Positions 11,458-21,576 are shown, numbered from the stretch's first letter. The stretch is 64,000 bases of DNA from an uncultured Actinomycetota bacterium (GCA_963794995.1 CAWCFV010000002.1:747849-811848), one strand, 5' to 3'. Program-made: numbers and translations. Notes: generated by a model not told the origin, from the sequence alone.

Positions 11458-12921
11458 GTGGCCGTGCTCGCGATCGACGCCGGTACCACGGGGGTGACCG
11501 CCCTGGTCGTCGACGAGTCGGGCCGGGTCGTGTCCCGCGGGTACGAGGAGTTCCCGCAGCACTTCCCGCGTCCGGGCTGGGTCGAGCACGAGCCCGAGCA
11601 GATCTGGCAGGCCACGCTGGCCGCGAGCCGGCAGGCGCTTGCCGACCGGACGGTGACCGCGGTCGGGATCACCAACCAGCGGGAGACCGCGGTGCTCTGG
11701 GACCGGTCCTCGCTGGCCGCACCGCGGCGGGCTGTGGTGTGGCAGGACCGGCGGTCGGCCGCCGTGTGCGACCAGTTGCGCGAGGGCGGGCACGAGGACC
11801 GGGTCCGCGAGCTCACCGGCCTGCGCTTCGACCCGTACTTCACCGGCACCAAGCTCGCCTGGCTGGCGGAGAACGACCCGTCGTGGGCCGGGGTCACCGA
11901 CGGGTCGGTGCTGGTCGGCACGGTGGACTCCTACCTCGTGGCCCGCCTCACCGGCGGCGCCCGGCACGTCACCGACGCCTCCAACGCCTCCCGCACGCTG
12001 CTGTTCGACCTCGCCACCGGCGACTGGTCCGACGAGCTGTGCGAGCTGCTCACGGTGCCGCGTGCGGCGCTGCCCGAGGTCGTCCCGTCCTACGGCGAGG
12101 TGGGCCGTACCTCGCCGGCTGCCTTCCTCGGTCTCGACCTGCCGGTGGCCGGCATCGCCGGGGACCAGCAGGCGGCGCTGTTCGGGCAGGCCTGTTTCGC
12201 CGAGGGCGAGTCGAAGTGCACCTACGGCACCGGCTCGTTCGTCCTGGTGAACACCGGCGACACGCCGGAGCGTTCCGACGACGGGCTGCTCACGACGGTC
12301 GCGTGGATGGCGCCGGACCGCACGCTCACCTACGCCCTCGAGGGTGCGATCTTCGTGACGGGCTCGGCCGTGCAGTGGCTGCGGGACGGGCTGCGCATCG
12401 TCGACTCCGCGGCCGAGACCGAGGCTGTCGCGGCCTCCGTCCCGGACAGCGGCGGGGTGGTCTTCGTGCCCGCGCTCACCGGGCTCGGCGCGCCCGACTG
12501 GGATCCCGCGGCGCGCGGGACGATCCTCGGCATCACCCGCGGGACGACCCGGGCCCACCTCGTGCGCGCGACGCTGGAGGCGATCGCCTTCGAGGTCCGC
12601 GACGTCGTCGAGCTGCTCCCGCGGATCACGACGCTGCGGGTCGACGGCGGCGCCGCGGCCAACGACCTGCTCCTCCAGCTGCAGGCCGACACCCTCGACA
12701 TGCCCGTCCAGCGGCCGGCACTGCTGGAGACCACCGGTCTGGGGGCTGCCTTCCTGGCCGGTCTCGGCACCGGCGTCTGGTCCTCCACCGACGAGCTCGC
12801 CTCCACCTGGGCGATGGACCGGGAGTTCACGCCGGCCGGCGTCGACGGGCAGCAGCGCGACGCCGCCTACCGCCGGTGGCGGGCGGCCGTCGAGCGCGCC
12901 AAGGGCTGGGCCGACCTCTAG
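11458..12921 (+). CDS. glpK: Glycerol kinase
   Basis: LAIDAGTTGV...GITNQRETAVLWD...FDPYFTGTKLAWL...GDQQAALFGQ...KCTYGTGSF...VDGGAAAN, FGGY-family glycerol kinase motifs. GTG start at 11458. Confidence 0.9.
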   Translation: MAVLAIDAGTTGVTALVVDESGRVVSRGYEEFPQHFPRPGWVEHEPEQIWQATLAASRQALADRTVTAVGITNQRETAVLWDRSSLAAPRRAVVWQDRRSAAVCDQLREGGHEDRVRELTGLRFDPYFTGTKLAWLAENDPSWAGVTDGSVLVGTVDSYLVARLTGGARHVTDASNASRTLLFDLATGDWSDELCELLTVPRAALPEVVPSYGEVGRTSPAAFLGLDLPVAGIAGDQQAALFGQACFAEGESKCTYGTGSFVLVNTGDTPERSDDGLLTTVAWMAPDRTLTYALEGAIFVTGSAVQWLRDGLRIVDSAAETEAVAASVPDSGGVVFVPALTGLGAPDWDPAARGTILGITRGTTRAHLVRATLEAIAFEVRDVVELLPRITTLRVDGGAAANDLLLQLQADTLDMPVQRPALLETTGLGAAFLAGLGTGVWSSTDELASTWAMDREFTPAGVDGQQRDAAYRRWRAAVERAKGWADL

Positions 12922-13092
12922 CCGGTGCCGGACACGGACGACGGCGCAACACGCCGATCAGCGCGTCGGGTCGGCCTAGCCCCTAGTACCGCCGTCGTTG
13001 GTGTCCGTGCACAGCCGACGCGCCTCACCAGCGCCGTCCACAGGTCACCGCTCGCCCGAGGCACGGCACCTGGTGCAGGGCACCGTCGACGG

Positions 13093-14004
13093 ATGGATGT
13101 GGAGGACGCGGTCCGGGCGCTCGGCGGCGCGGCTCGCTGGCGCGAGCTTCGGCGCCTCGTCGGTCGGGCGGCGATGCGACGGGCCGTCGGCGAGGGCCGA
13201 GTCGTCGTGGAGCGGGGCGTCTGGCAGCTCCCGTCTCGAGACCGCGCGCTGACGGCGGCCGTAGAGCTCAGAGGGACGCGCAGCCATCGATCGGCAGCCG
13301 CCTTCTGGGGCTTCGCCCTGCCGCCCACAGACGACCCGCGGCACGACGTCACGGTGCCGTGGAAGGCCAAGCGGGCCCACGTCCCGGAGGACGTGCAGCT
13401 GCGGTACCGCGACATCGCCGACCACGAGCGGGCGGTCGGCGTCACGTCCGCCCTGACCACCGTGGTCGACTGCCTGCGAGATCTGTCGCTGCGCGAGGCG
13501 TTCTCGATCGGCGACTCGGCCCTGCGGTCGGGGCTGGTCGAGTTCGACGAGCTGGCAGTGTCCGTGGGGCGGTTGCGTGGGCCGGGTTGCCGGCGAGCCC
13601 GCGAGCGGCTGCTGCTGCTGGATGCCCGCGCAGCCAACGCCTTCGAGTCCTCGGCACGGGCGTTGCTGGTCGAGGCCGGACATCCAGGCTTCCGGCCACA
13701 GGTGACGATCCGTCACGACGGCCGATGGATCGGACGGGTCGATCTGGCGGATCCACACCTGCGCATCGTCGTCGAGTGCGAGGGCTACGCGTTCCACAGC
13801 GACCGCGCTGCGTTCCGCAAGGACGCTGTCCGGTTCACGTCGCTGGTCGCGGCCGGCTGGCGTCCGCTGCGCTTCACCTGGGAGCAGGTGATGTTCGACC
13901 CCGACTGGGTGCGGGCCCGAGTCGCGGAGACGGTCGCGCTGGCCACGGCCGAGTCACCAAAGACGGCGAAGCGGCCCTCCGGAAGCCGTTCGAGGGCCGC
14001 TTAG
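13093..14004 (+). CDS. DUF559 (Vsr-like endonuclease fold) protein with AbiEi-like N-terminal domain
   Basis: The C-terminal GRVDLADPHLRIVVECEGYAFHSDRAAFRKDAVRFTSLVAAGWRPLRFTWEQV pattern is typical of actinobacterial DUF559 proteins. The N-terminal part resembles AbiEi-type antitoxin domains. The ORF is open from 12925; 13093 (MDVED) was chosen as the start. Confidence 0.5.
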   Translation: MDVEDAVRALGGAARWRELRRLVGRAAMRRAVGEGRVVVERGVWQLPSRDRALTAAVELRGTRSHRSAAAFWGFALPPTDDPRHDVTVPWKAKRAHVPEDVQLRYRDIADHERAVGVTSALTTVVDCLRDLSLREAFSIGDSALRSGLVEFDELAVSVGRLRGPGCRRARERLLLLDARAANAFESSARALLVEAGHPGFRPQVTIRHDGRWIGRVDLADPHLRIVVECEGYAFHSDRAAFRKDAVRFTSLVAAGWRPLRFTWEQVMFDPDWVRARVAETVALATAESPKTAKRPSGSRSRAA

Positions 14005-14036
14005 CCTGTTACGCCGTCGTCAGTGCTCGGCGAGTG

Positions 14037-14687
14037 TCAGCCGAGCTCGTCGTCGAGGCCCTGCTGGATCGCATACCGGACCAGCTCGACGCGGTTGTGC
14101 AGCTGCAGCTTGTTCAGCGTGTTCTGGACGTGGTTCTGCACGGTGCGGTGGGAGAGCACGAGCTGCTCGGCGATCTGCTTGTAGCCCATCCCCTTGGCCA
14201 CCATCCGCAGCACCTCGGTCTCCCGGTCGGTGAGCCGGGGCACGGGCGGTCCGCTCGCCGTCGCGGTCGAGAGCCGGCGGTACTCCCCCAGCACCAGTCC
14301 GGCCAGCCCGGGGGTGAAGACGGCTTCGCCGAGCGCGGTGCGGCCGACGGCGTCCAGCAGCTCCTCGCGGGACGCCGACTTGACCAGGTAGCCGGTGGCG
14401 CCCGCCTTGACTGCCTCCAGCACGTCCTCGTGCTCCCCGCTGGCGGACAGCACCAGCACGTGCACCGTCGGGTCGGCCGCAAGCAGCCGGCGGGTGACCT
14501 CCACGCCGGAGAGCACCGGCAGGTGGAGGTCGAGGACGACCACCTCCGGCCGCGCGGCCGGTGCGCGACGGACCGCCTCGCCGCCGTCGGCCGCGGTGCC
14601 GACGACCTCGTGACCGGCCTCCGCCAGGTCGCGCGCCACCGCCTCGCGCCACATCGGGTGGTCGTCGACCACCATCACCCGCGTCAT
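14037..14687 (-). CDS. Two-component response regulator, NarL/LuxR family
   Basis: Receiver (VMVVDDHPMWREAV...VVVLDLHLP) plus LuxR HTH (LTDRETEVLRMVAKGMGYKQIAEQLVLSHRTVQNHV). Confidence 0.85.
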   Translation of the reverse strand: MTRVMVVDDHPMWREAVARDLAEAGHEVVGTAADGGEAVRRAPAARPEVVVLDLHLPVLSGVEVTRRLLAADPTVHVLVLSASGEHEDVLEAVKAGATGYLVKSASREELLDAVGRTALGEAVFTPGLAGLVLGEYRRLSTATASGPPVPRLTDRETEVLRMVAKGMGYKQIAEQLVLSHRTVQNHVQNTLNKLQLHNRVELVRYAIQQGLDDELG

Positions 14688-14712
14688 CGCCCCACCCTCC
14701 CCTGTCGGCGGG

Positions 14713-15834
14713 TCACCCCGCCAGCGGCACCCGAAGCTCGATCTCCGTCCCGCGTCCGGGCGTCGAGTCGACCGCCATCGTGCCGCCCAGGTCGTGCACG
14801 CGGCCCTCGATCGAGGACGCCACCCCGAGCCGGCCCTCGGCCCGCGCCTCGGCGAGCCGGTCCGGCTCGAAGCCCCGCCCGTCGTCTCGCACGCTGACCA
14901 CCAGCTCACGGCCCTCGTCCTCCAGCAGCACCCAGGCCCGGGCCGCCTCCCCCGCGTGCGCCGCCACGTTCGCCAGCGCCGCCCCCACCGCGGCGGCCAC
15001 CTCACGTGCCCGGGCCGCCGCGAGCACGACGGGTGTCGCCGGCGTGGACACCGTCACCGACGACGAGGCGTAGGCCGCCAGCAGGGCGCGCAGGTCGATG
15101 TCGCCCGCGGTCTCCTGGGGCGGGGCGCCGATGAGCGCCCGCAGCGACTGCTCCTGCTCGGCGGCCAGCCGGCCGAGCTCCGCGGCCTCGCCCCCGGCCT
15201 CCCGCCCCCGCCTGCCGACCAGCGCGAGGACCTGCAGCACCCCGTCGTGGATGTCGCGGGACAGGCGTTCCCGCTCGCGTGCCGCGGCCTCGATGGCCAG
15301 CCCCCGCGCCAGCGCCAGCTCACCGCGCCGGGCCAGCCCCACGGTCCAGCCGACCAGGGCACCGGCGAGGAACAGCAGCACGATGTTGTTGGCCGTCGTC
15401 ACGGTCACGGCCTGGCGGTGCACCAGGTCGGCGGCGCCGGTGACCGCGGCGGCCGCCAGCCCGGCCAGCCAGCCGCCACGCAGCGCGACGGCCAGCACCG
15501 GCGCGGCCGCCCAGGTCACCGGCAGGGTCTGGGCGCCTGCGGCGATCCGCTCCGGGTCGTCGAGGAAGGCCGACGACACGATCGCGGCCGCCCCGAACGC
15601 GAGGTCGAGGCCCACCACCGGCCAGCGCCGGCCCCCCGGCCGGCTGTAGAGCCCGGCCACCACGACCGTCCAGACGGCCATCAGGGCGAGCACGACCCAG
15701 CCGCCGAGCGGGTGCAGGTACTCGTCGTACCGCCGGGCGTAGGCGACCACGGCGTAGCCGAGCCCCAGAGCGCGGAAGACGGCCAGCGCGCGCCACAGGA
15801 CGGTCTCGAACCCCACCCGCCGATCCTCCCGCAC
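14713..15834 (-). CDS. Sensor histidine kinase (HisKA_3 / HATPase_c), multi-TM N-terminus
   Basis: H-box LSRDIHDGVLQVLALV. ATPase motifs ...ANVAAHAGEA...VRDDGRGF...GLGVASSIEG...GGT. Four or five predicted TM helices N-terminally. Confidence 0.8.
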   Translation of the reverse strand: MREDRRVGFETVLWRALAVFRALGLGYAVVAYARRYDEYLHPLGGWVVLALMAVWTVVVAGLYSRPGGRRWPVVGLDLAFGAAAIVSSAFLDDPERIAAGAQTLPVTWAAAPVLAVALRGGWLAGLAAAAVTGAADLVHRQAVTVTTANNIVLLFLAGALVGWTVGLARRGELALARGLAIEAAARERERLSRDIHDGVLQVLALVGRRGREAGGEAAELGRLAAEQEQSLRALIGAPPQETAGDIDLRALLAAYASSSVTVSTPATPVVLAAARAREVAAAVGAALANVAAHAGEAARAWVLLEDEGRELVVSVRDDGRGFEPDRLAEARAEGRLGVASSIEGRVHDLGGTMAVDSTPGRGTEIELRVPLAG

Positions 15835-15861
15835 GACCCGGCCGCGGCCGGGGACCTCGGC

Positions 15862-16629
15862 TCAGGCGGCGGGGGCGTGCCCGCCCTCGCCGTCGGTCGA
15901 CCCGGAGGTCGCCTCGCCCTCGTCGGCGGGGCGCTGCTCGGTCCGGCCCGCCTTCAGCTTGTCCTTGGCGACCTGGGCGTAGACGTCGACGTACTCCTGG
16001 CCGGAGAGGTCCATCAGCTCGTACATGATCTCGTCGGTGATGGAGCGCAGCACGAACCGGTCGCCCTCCATGCCCTCGTAGCGCGAGAAGTCCAGCGGCT
16101 TGCCGATGTTGATCCCGACCCGGATCCCCAGGGTGGGCCGCTTGCGCCCCGGCGGCTGGATCTTCTCGGTGTCGATCATCGCCACCGGGAGCACGGGCAC
16201 CCCGGCCTCGAGCGACATCCGGGCCACCCCGGTCTTGCCGCGGTAGAGCCGGCCGTCGGGCGAGCGGGTGCCCTCGGGGTAGATGCCGAGGACCTCTCCG
16301 CGGCGGAGCACCCTGAGCCCGGCGTTCAGGGCCGCCTCGGACGCCTGCCCGCCGGTCCGGTCGACCGGGAGCTGCCCGACCCCACGGAAGAACCCGGCCG
16401 TGAGCCGGCCCTTGAGACCGCTGCCGGTGAAGTAGTCGGCCTTGGCCAGGAAGGTCACCCGCCGGTCCACCACGAGGGGAAGGAAGATCGAGTCGGAGAA
16501 CGACAGGTGGTTGCTGGCGAGGATCGCGCCGCCCTCGTCGGGCACGTTCTCCAGGCCGATGACGTAGGGCCGGAACACCAGGCGCAGCAGGGGGCCGAGG
16601 ACGATGCGCTTGAGGAACCAGTAGAACAC
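15862..16629 (-). CDS. plsC: 1-acyl-sn-glycerol-3-phosphate acyltransferase
   Basis: HxxxxD motif (ILASNHLSFSDSIF) and PEGTRS motif. GGGAGGAGG RBS before the GTG. Confidence 0.8.
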   Translation of the reverse strand: MFYWFLKRIVLGPLLRLVFRPYVIGLENVPDEGGAILASNHLSFSDSIFLPLVVDRRVTFLAKADYFTGSGLKGRLTAGFFRGVGQLPVDRTGGQASEAALNAGLRVLRRGEVLGIYPEGTRSPDGRLYRGKTGVARMSLEAGVPVLPVAMIDTEKIQPPGRKRPTLGIRVGINIGKPLDFSRYEGMEGDRFVLRSITDEIMYELMDLSGQEYVDVYAQVAKDKLKAGRTEQRPADEGEATSGSTDGEGGHAPAA

Positions 16630-16768
16630 CGTGCAGCCTCCTCCCTCGCGTACGACCCTGCGTGCCGGGGTCGGCACCCCGCGAACACTAGGGCACCCCC
16701 CGGGGCTCGTGCGACGATGCCGACATGCCGCTGTCGCCGCCCGTCCCGTCGCCTCCACCGGGGCCGTC

Positions 16769-17533
16769 ATGCCGCTGATGCCCGGCGCCGAACCGTTCTC
16801 CCACGAGGGTGGCCGCACCGGCGCCCTGCTCGTCCACGGCTTCACCGGGACGCCGCAGGGGATGCGCGACTGGGCACGCCACCTCGCCGACGCCGGGCTC
16901 AGCGTGGAGCTGCCCCGGCTGCCGGGCCACGGCACGTCCGTGGAGGAGGCCAACCTCACCCACTGGGAGGACTGGTACGCCGAGATCGAGCGCCACTTCG
17001 CCCTGCTGCGGGAGCGGTGCGACCACGTGTTCGTCATGGGCCTCTCGATGGGCGGCACCCTCGCCATCCGGCTGGCCGAGGAGCACGGCGACGAGGTCGC
17101 CGGCCTGGTGCTGGTGAACCCGAGCCTGCTGACCAAGCGTCCCGACCGCTTCCTGCTGCCGGTGCTGCGCTGGGTGAGGCCGACCTGGCCGGGAATCGCC
17201 AGCGACATCAAGAAGGCCGGCGTCGTGGAGCTGGCGTACGCCCACATCCCGGTCAAGGCCGCCTACCAGCTGAGCCGGCTGTGGCTGACGACCCGGGGTG
17301 ACCTCGACCGGGTCACCCAGCCGCTGCTCGTGCTGCGCTCCACCGAGGACCATGTGGTCGAGCCGGACAGCGCTCGCATGCTGCTGGCCAAGGTGTCCTC
17401 GACCGACGTCCGCGAGGTGCTGCTCGAGGACAGCTACCACGTGGCGACCCTCGACAACGACGCCCCCGTCATCTTCGACGCCAGTCTGGAGTTCGTCCGC
17501 CGACTGACCGCCCACGACCAGACGACGACGTGA
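16769..17533 (+). CDS. Alpha/beta-hydrolase (esterase/lysophospholipase-like)
   Basis: LLVHGFTGTPQGM... and the nucleophile elbow GLSMGG. Confidence 0.7.
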   Translation: MPLMPGAEPFSHEGGRTGALLVHGFTGTPQGMRDWARHLADAGLSVELPRLPGHGTSVEEANLTHWEDWYAEIERHFALLRERCDHVFVMGLSMGGTLAIRLAEEHGDEVAGLVLVNPSLLTKRPDRFLLPVLRWVRPTWPGIASDIKKAGVVELAYAHIPVKAAYQLSRLWLTTRGDLDRVTQPLLVLRSTEDHVVEPDSARMLLAKVSSTDVREVLLEDSYHVATLDNDAPVIFDASLEFVRRLTAHDQTTT

Positions 17534-18255
17534 ACGCCGTCCCACCGCGCCGCGACAACGGCCTGCGCGCGCCGTCGTACGCCCGGCTCGACGACGTCGA
17601 GACCCACCTCGTCGACGAGTTGCTCTCCAGGCTGCGCGACTCCGGCGTCGCCGCGTACAGCGCCCCGACGCCCGGCCGGCGAGGGCCGTACGGCGAGACG
17701 GTGCCGCCGCTGGGACCCAGCGACTCCGTCTACGTCGACGCCGCGCAGCGCGACGTGGCCAAGGACGTGCGCGACGGCTACCTGCGCGAGGTGAACGACG
17801 ACCTCGCGTGGTCGGACATCGTCGCCGGCTACGACCGCGACGACACCGACGCGGTGCCGCGCTGGCCGGTCAGCGAGGACGTGGAGCCCGACGCCGGAGG
17901 TCGCGCCGGGGAGGCCGGCGAGGTGGAGCCCGCGGGCGGGCCGACCGTCGGCTTCGGTGCCCTGCGCGACCACGTCGAACCGGCGAAGCCCGCCAGGGTC
18001 GGCGACCCCGACGACCACTACCGGCCGCCGCCGCCACCCCCGCTGCCACAGATGGACCGGGTGACCCGCTTCGCCTGGGCCGGCGCGCTGGGGGGTCCGC
18101 TGGCGCTCGTCCTGGCCGCGCTGACCGGCCTCCGGCTGGAGGGGTGGGTCGGGCTGCTGGCGGTGACGGCCTTCGTGGCAGGCTTCGTCACGCTCGTCGC
18201 CCGGATGAAGGACCGATCCCAGGACTCCGGCCCGGACGACGGCGCCGTCGTCTGA
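17530..18255 (+). CDS. Hypothetical protein, acidic/Pro-rich with C-terminal TM segment
   Basis: ORF overlaps the upstream stop by 4 bp (ATGA). PPPPPPLP linker, then a TM segment (LGGPLALVLAALTGL...LLAVTAFVAGFVTLV). No recognisable catalytic motif. Confidence 0.45.
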   Translation: MNAVPPRRDNGLRAPSYARLDDVETHLVDELLSRLRDSGVAAYSAPTPGRRGPYGETVPPLGPSDSVYVDAAQRDVAKDVRDGYLREVNDDLAWSDIVAGYDRDDTDAVPRWPVSEDVEPDAGGRAGEAGEVEPAGGPTVGFGALRDHVEPAKPARVGDPDDHYRPPPPPPLPQMDRVTRFAWAGALGGPLALVLAALTGLRLEGWVGLLAVTAFVAGFVTLVARMKDRSQDSGPDDGAVV

Positions 18256-18281
18256 CCCGGACCAGCCCTGGAGGTACCCCC

Positions 18282-19529
18282 GTGACCAGCGAGACCGTCG
18301 AGGTTCGTGGCCACCTGATCGACTCCGGGGTGCTCTCCCGGGTTCTCGACGACATCCTCGAGTACAGCGGCGACTACTCCATCGACAAGTTCGAGGTCGG
18401 CAAGACACCCACCGACGAGTCCTACGCGCGGCTGACCGTCCGGTCGGAGAACCACGACGAGCTGGCGCGGCTCATCATGCGGCTGCAGACCCACGGCGTG
18501 AACCCCACCGACCCCGGCGAGGCGATGCTGCGCGAGGTCGAGAAGGACGGTGTCTTCCCCGACGACTTCTACTCGACCACGAACCTCGAGACGGTCGTGC
18601 GGCTCAGCGGGCACTGGGTGCCGCTGGAGAACCCGGAGATGGACTGCGGGATCCTCGTGGTCGGCGATCGCGCCCGGACGATCGCCGTGAGCGAGATCAG
18701 GGCGGGCGACCAGGTGGTCTGCGGCGCCAGCGGCGTCAAGGTCGTGCCGCTGCCCGCCATCGACCGCAGCACCGGCGGCTTCGAGTTCATGAACTCCGAG
18801 GTCTCCTCCGAGAAGCCGCAGGCCCTGCTGGTCCGCCAGATCGCCCAGCAGATGCGTGACGTCAAGGCCGAGGGCCGCAAGATCCTGTGGGTGGGCGGCC
18901 CGGCCGTCGTGCACACGGGCGCGGCGCCGGCGATGGTCGCTCTGGTGGAGGCCGGCTACGTCGACGTCCTGTTCGCCGGCAACGCCCTCGCGACCCACGA
19001 CATCGAGGCGTCGCTGTTCGGCACGTCGCTGGGCGTCGACCTCAAGCAGGGCCGCGGCGTCGAGCACGGCCACGAGCACCACATCCGGGCCATCAACCAG
19101 ATCCGCAAGGCCGGCTCGATCGCGGCGGCGGTGGAGAGCGGCGTGCTGACCAGCGGCGTCATGCACTCGCTGGTGCAGCACGGCAAGCACTTCGTGCTGG
19201 TCGGCTCGGTGCGCGACGACGGCCCCCTGCCCGACGTCTACACCGATGTCCTCGTCGGCCAGCAGGCGATGCGGGCCGGACTCAAGGACGTCGGCTTCGC
19301 GATCATGGTCGCCACCATGCTGCACTCGGTCGCGACGGGGAACATCCTCCCGGCCTCCATCCCGCTGGTCTGCGTCGACATCAACCCGGCCACCGTGACC
19401 AAGCTGGCCGACCGGGGCTCCGCCCAGGCACGCGGCATCGTCACCGACATCGGACTGTTCCTCGAGCAGCTCGCACTCGAGCTCGCCCCGGCCTACCGCG
19501 AGGGCGAGCGACCCGGCGAGGACGTCTGA
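18282..19529 (+). CDS. TIGR00300 / LOR-SDH-like family protein (putative ornithine cyclodeaminase-like)
   Basis: VTSETVEVRGHLIDSGVLSRVLDDILEYSGDYSIDKFEVGKT... with a conserved C-terminal NAD-binding-like region. GGAGGT RBS before the GTG. Confidence 0.55.
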   Translation: MTSETVEVRGHLIDSGVLSRVLDDILEYSGDYSIDKFEVGKTPTDESYARLTVRSENHDELARLIMRLQTHGVNPTDPGEAMLREVEKDGVFPDDFYSTTNLETVVRLSGHWVPLENPEMDCGILVVGDRARTIAVSEIRAGDQVVCGASGVKVVPLPAIDRSTGGFEFMNSEVSSEKPQALLVRQIAQQMRDVKAEGRKILWVGGPAVVHTGAAPAMVALVEAGYVDVLFAGNALATHDIEASLFGTSLGVDLKQGRGVEHGHEHHIRAINQIRKAGSIAAAVESGVLTSGVMHSLVQHGKHFVLVGSVRDDGPLPDVYTDVLVGQQAMRAGLKDVGFAIMVATMLHSVATGNILPASIPLVCVDINPATVTKLADRGSAQARGIVTDIGLFLEQLALELAPAYREGERPGEDV

Positions 19530-19548
19530 CCCTCCCCGGTCCCCGCCG

Positions 19549-20229
19549 TCAGGGGACGCGCACGGTGACGAGGACCGGGCGGTGGTCGCTGCCGACCACC
19601 GCGCGGCGGTCGTCGACGACCGTGTAGTCGAGGACCTCGACCTGCGCGGTGGCGAACGCGCCGTCGATGCGACGGTCCGGCCGGCCGGCGGGGAACGTGT
19701 GCCCGCTGTCCGGCCCGAGGTCGCACAGGCCGTGCTCCTCGAAGAACGACCACGCCGCACGGCCAGGTCGCTCGTTGAGGTCACCGGCCGCGAAGACGTG
19801 CTCCGCGCCGGAGGCCCGGAGCACCTCGACGGCCCGGCGGGCGTGGGTGAGCCGCTCGGTCTCCGGCAGCGGCAGGTGCACGCTCGCGACCGCCAGCCGG
19901 GCGCCGGACCTGCGGACGACCGCCGCGGCCACGCCCCGGTCCGGCCACCCGGCCCGGTAGAACGACAGCGGCAGCTCGGCGCTGCGCTCCACGTCGACCC
20001 GCAGGTGGGCGAGCAGCGCGGTGCCGCCGGTCGTCCCCCCGCCGGTGACGTAGAGCAGGCCGCACTCGCGCGCCAGGTGGGCGGCTCTGGCCCGCCAGCG
20101 GAGGAACTTGGGCGCCTCCTGGACGCACATGACGTCCGGGTCGAGGTCCCGGACCAGCGACGTCAGTGCTGCGCGGTCGTCCTGCAGCCCGTGCAGGTTC
20201 CACGAAAGGATCTTGAGCTCAGCGGTCAC
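19549..20229 (-). CDS. Endonuclease/exonuclease/phosphatase (EEP) family protein
   Basis: ILSWNLHGL...VMCVQEA...GDLN...SDHRPVLVTV, EEP signature motifs. Confidence 0.75.
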   Translation of the reverse strand: MTAELKILSWNLHGLQDDRAALTSLVRDLDPDVMCVQEAPKFLRWRARAAHLARECGLLYVTGGGTTGGTALLAHLRVDVERSAELPLSFYRAGWPDRGVAAAVVRRSGARLAVASVHLPLPETERLTHARRAVEVLRASGAEHVFAAGDLNERPGRAAWSFFEEHGLCDLGPDSGHTFPAGRPDRRIDGAFATAQVEVLDYTVVDDRRAVVGSDHRPVLVTVRVP

Positions 20230-20304
20230 CCCAGGACGCTACTGAACCGCCGGCGCACGTCATCGACCGCAGCCCGGTCTGCTCGGTCCGGTCCCGTGGC
20301 CCGG

Positions 20305-21576
20305 TCAGTCCGTGACGCGGGACAGCCGCACGTCCAAGGGGCCCGCAGTGGTCGGCGCCCCCGAGGTGGCCACCACCGCGGTGCTCTCCTTGTCGAGCTT
20401 CAGCGCTCCGACCACCACCCGCCCGGCCACCGACAGGGTCGCCTTCTTCAGGTCGACCTCGGCGCGCTTCGCGTAGACGTGGCCGGTGAGCCGCACCGGC
20501 CCGTCGACCTCCACGGTGCTGGTGTTGTTGGGGCTGACGTAGAGCACGAACTGCGACGCTGCGCTGGCGCTGATGTCGACACTGCCCTCCTTGGCGACCT
20601 TGAGCTTCGCGCCGCTCTCGCCGCTGGACGCGCAGGCACGTGGCGCGGCGCGGTCGCCGCAGATGAGGTAGATCGTGCTACCGGAGGTGAACCCCGTGAC
20701 CAGCCGCCCGTCCTTCTTGACGTCCAGCTCGTCCGTGACGAACACCCCCCCGCCTGCTGTGCAGAGGCCCTTCACCTCGATCTTGTCGTACACACCCTCG
20801 GGAAGCGCGCCGCCGTCGCAGGTGACCTTGTTGTCCGCGACCGCGGCGGGGTAGGGAAGTGGCGGGACCTGGCCGGCGAACGGGTCCGTCGGCAGCGGGC
20901 TGGTCACGGGGTCGACGGAGTAGGGCCCGGTGGGTGGATCGGGCTGGCTCGCGAAGCTGATCACTGCGGGGGAGTCCACCCGCAGGAAGCCGGAGTCCTT
21001 GATCTTGCCGCTGGACGCGGCGAGGGAGTCCCCGCCGGTGACGGTGACCGGTCCCTTCGCGTCGACGCTGCCGAACACGCACAGACCGCAGCCGGGGACG
21101 TCCTGGCGCCGGACCTGTGCCTGGGTGGTGGCGGTGACCTCGATCCCGCCGAAGCCGAAGATCGCGCCGAAGCCCGCCACCGACCGCCGGGTCGGCAGGG
21201 TCACCCGCACCCGGTCCGGCCCGCTGGCCCCGTCGTGCACGGCGATGCAGCGGGTGCCGCCACCGGTCGCCTCCCGCCACCCGGCGGGCAGGCTTGTCAC
21301 GGGGCAGGACGAGACCCAGTCCGACAGCCCGGTGTTCTTCAGCACCGAGGACTTCACCGTCGTGGCCAGGGTCGCGTCGGAGGTCCCGCCGGCATCGGCG
21401 ACCGCGCCCGCCCCGGCCAGGGCCGCGGCGTCGGCCCCGCTGCGGCTGTCCGCCCGCAGCATCCGGGCCTGGCCGAGGTCCACGACGATGGCCGCCAGCC
21501 CGAACATGACGGTCGCGAAGACGGCGACCAGGATCGCGACCGCGCCGTCGTCGGTGCCGAGCGTCCTCAGCCGCAC
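20305..21576 (-). CDS. TadG-like Tad pilus pseudopilin/assembly protein
   Basis: The N-terminus (DDGAVAILVAVFATVMFGLAAIVVDLGQARMLRADSRSGADAAALAGA) matches the TadE/G-like (PF13400) pattern. The large secreted C-terminal domain is Gly/Thr-rich. The GTG start overlaps the tadE stop. Confidence 0.6.
   Translation of the reverse strand: MRLRTLGTDDGAVAILVAVFATVMFGLAAIVVDLGQARMLRADSRSGADAAALAGAGAVADAGGTSDATLATTVKSSVLKNTGLSDWVSSCPVTSLPAGWREATGGGTRCIAVHDGASGPDRVRVTLPTRRSVAGFGAIFGFGGIEVTATTQAQVRRQDVPGCGLCVFGSVDAKGPVTVTGGDSLAASSGKIKDSGFLRVDSPAVISFASQPDPPTGPYSVDPVTSPLPTDPFAGQVPPLPYPAAVADNKVTCDGGALPEGVYDKIEVKGLCTAGGGVFVTDELDVKKDGRLVTGFTSGSTIYLICGDRAAPRACASSGESGAKLKVAKEGSVDISASAASQFVLYVSPNNTSTVEVDGPVRLTGHVYAKRAEVDLKKATLSVAGRVVVGALKLDKESTAVVATSGAPTTAGPLDVRLSRVTD

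Noticed and set aside
12925-13092. N-terminal 56-codon extension of the DUF559 ORF (MPDTDDGATRRS...)
   Set aside because: Arg/Ala-rich with no RBS. The internal Met at 13093 (MDVEDAVRAL) aligns with where the homologous AbiEi-like domain would begin. Kept as an uncertainty in the start.
14794-17301. 835-aa +strand ORF across the HK and plsC region
   Set aside because: Antisense to the minus-strand histidine kinase and acyltransferase, which carry diagnostic H-box and HxxxxD motifs.
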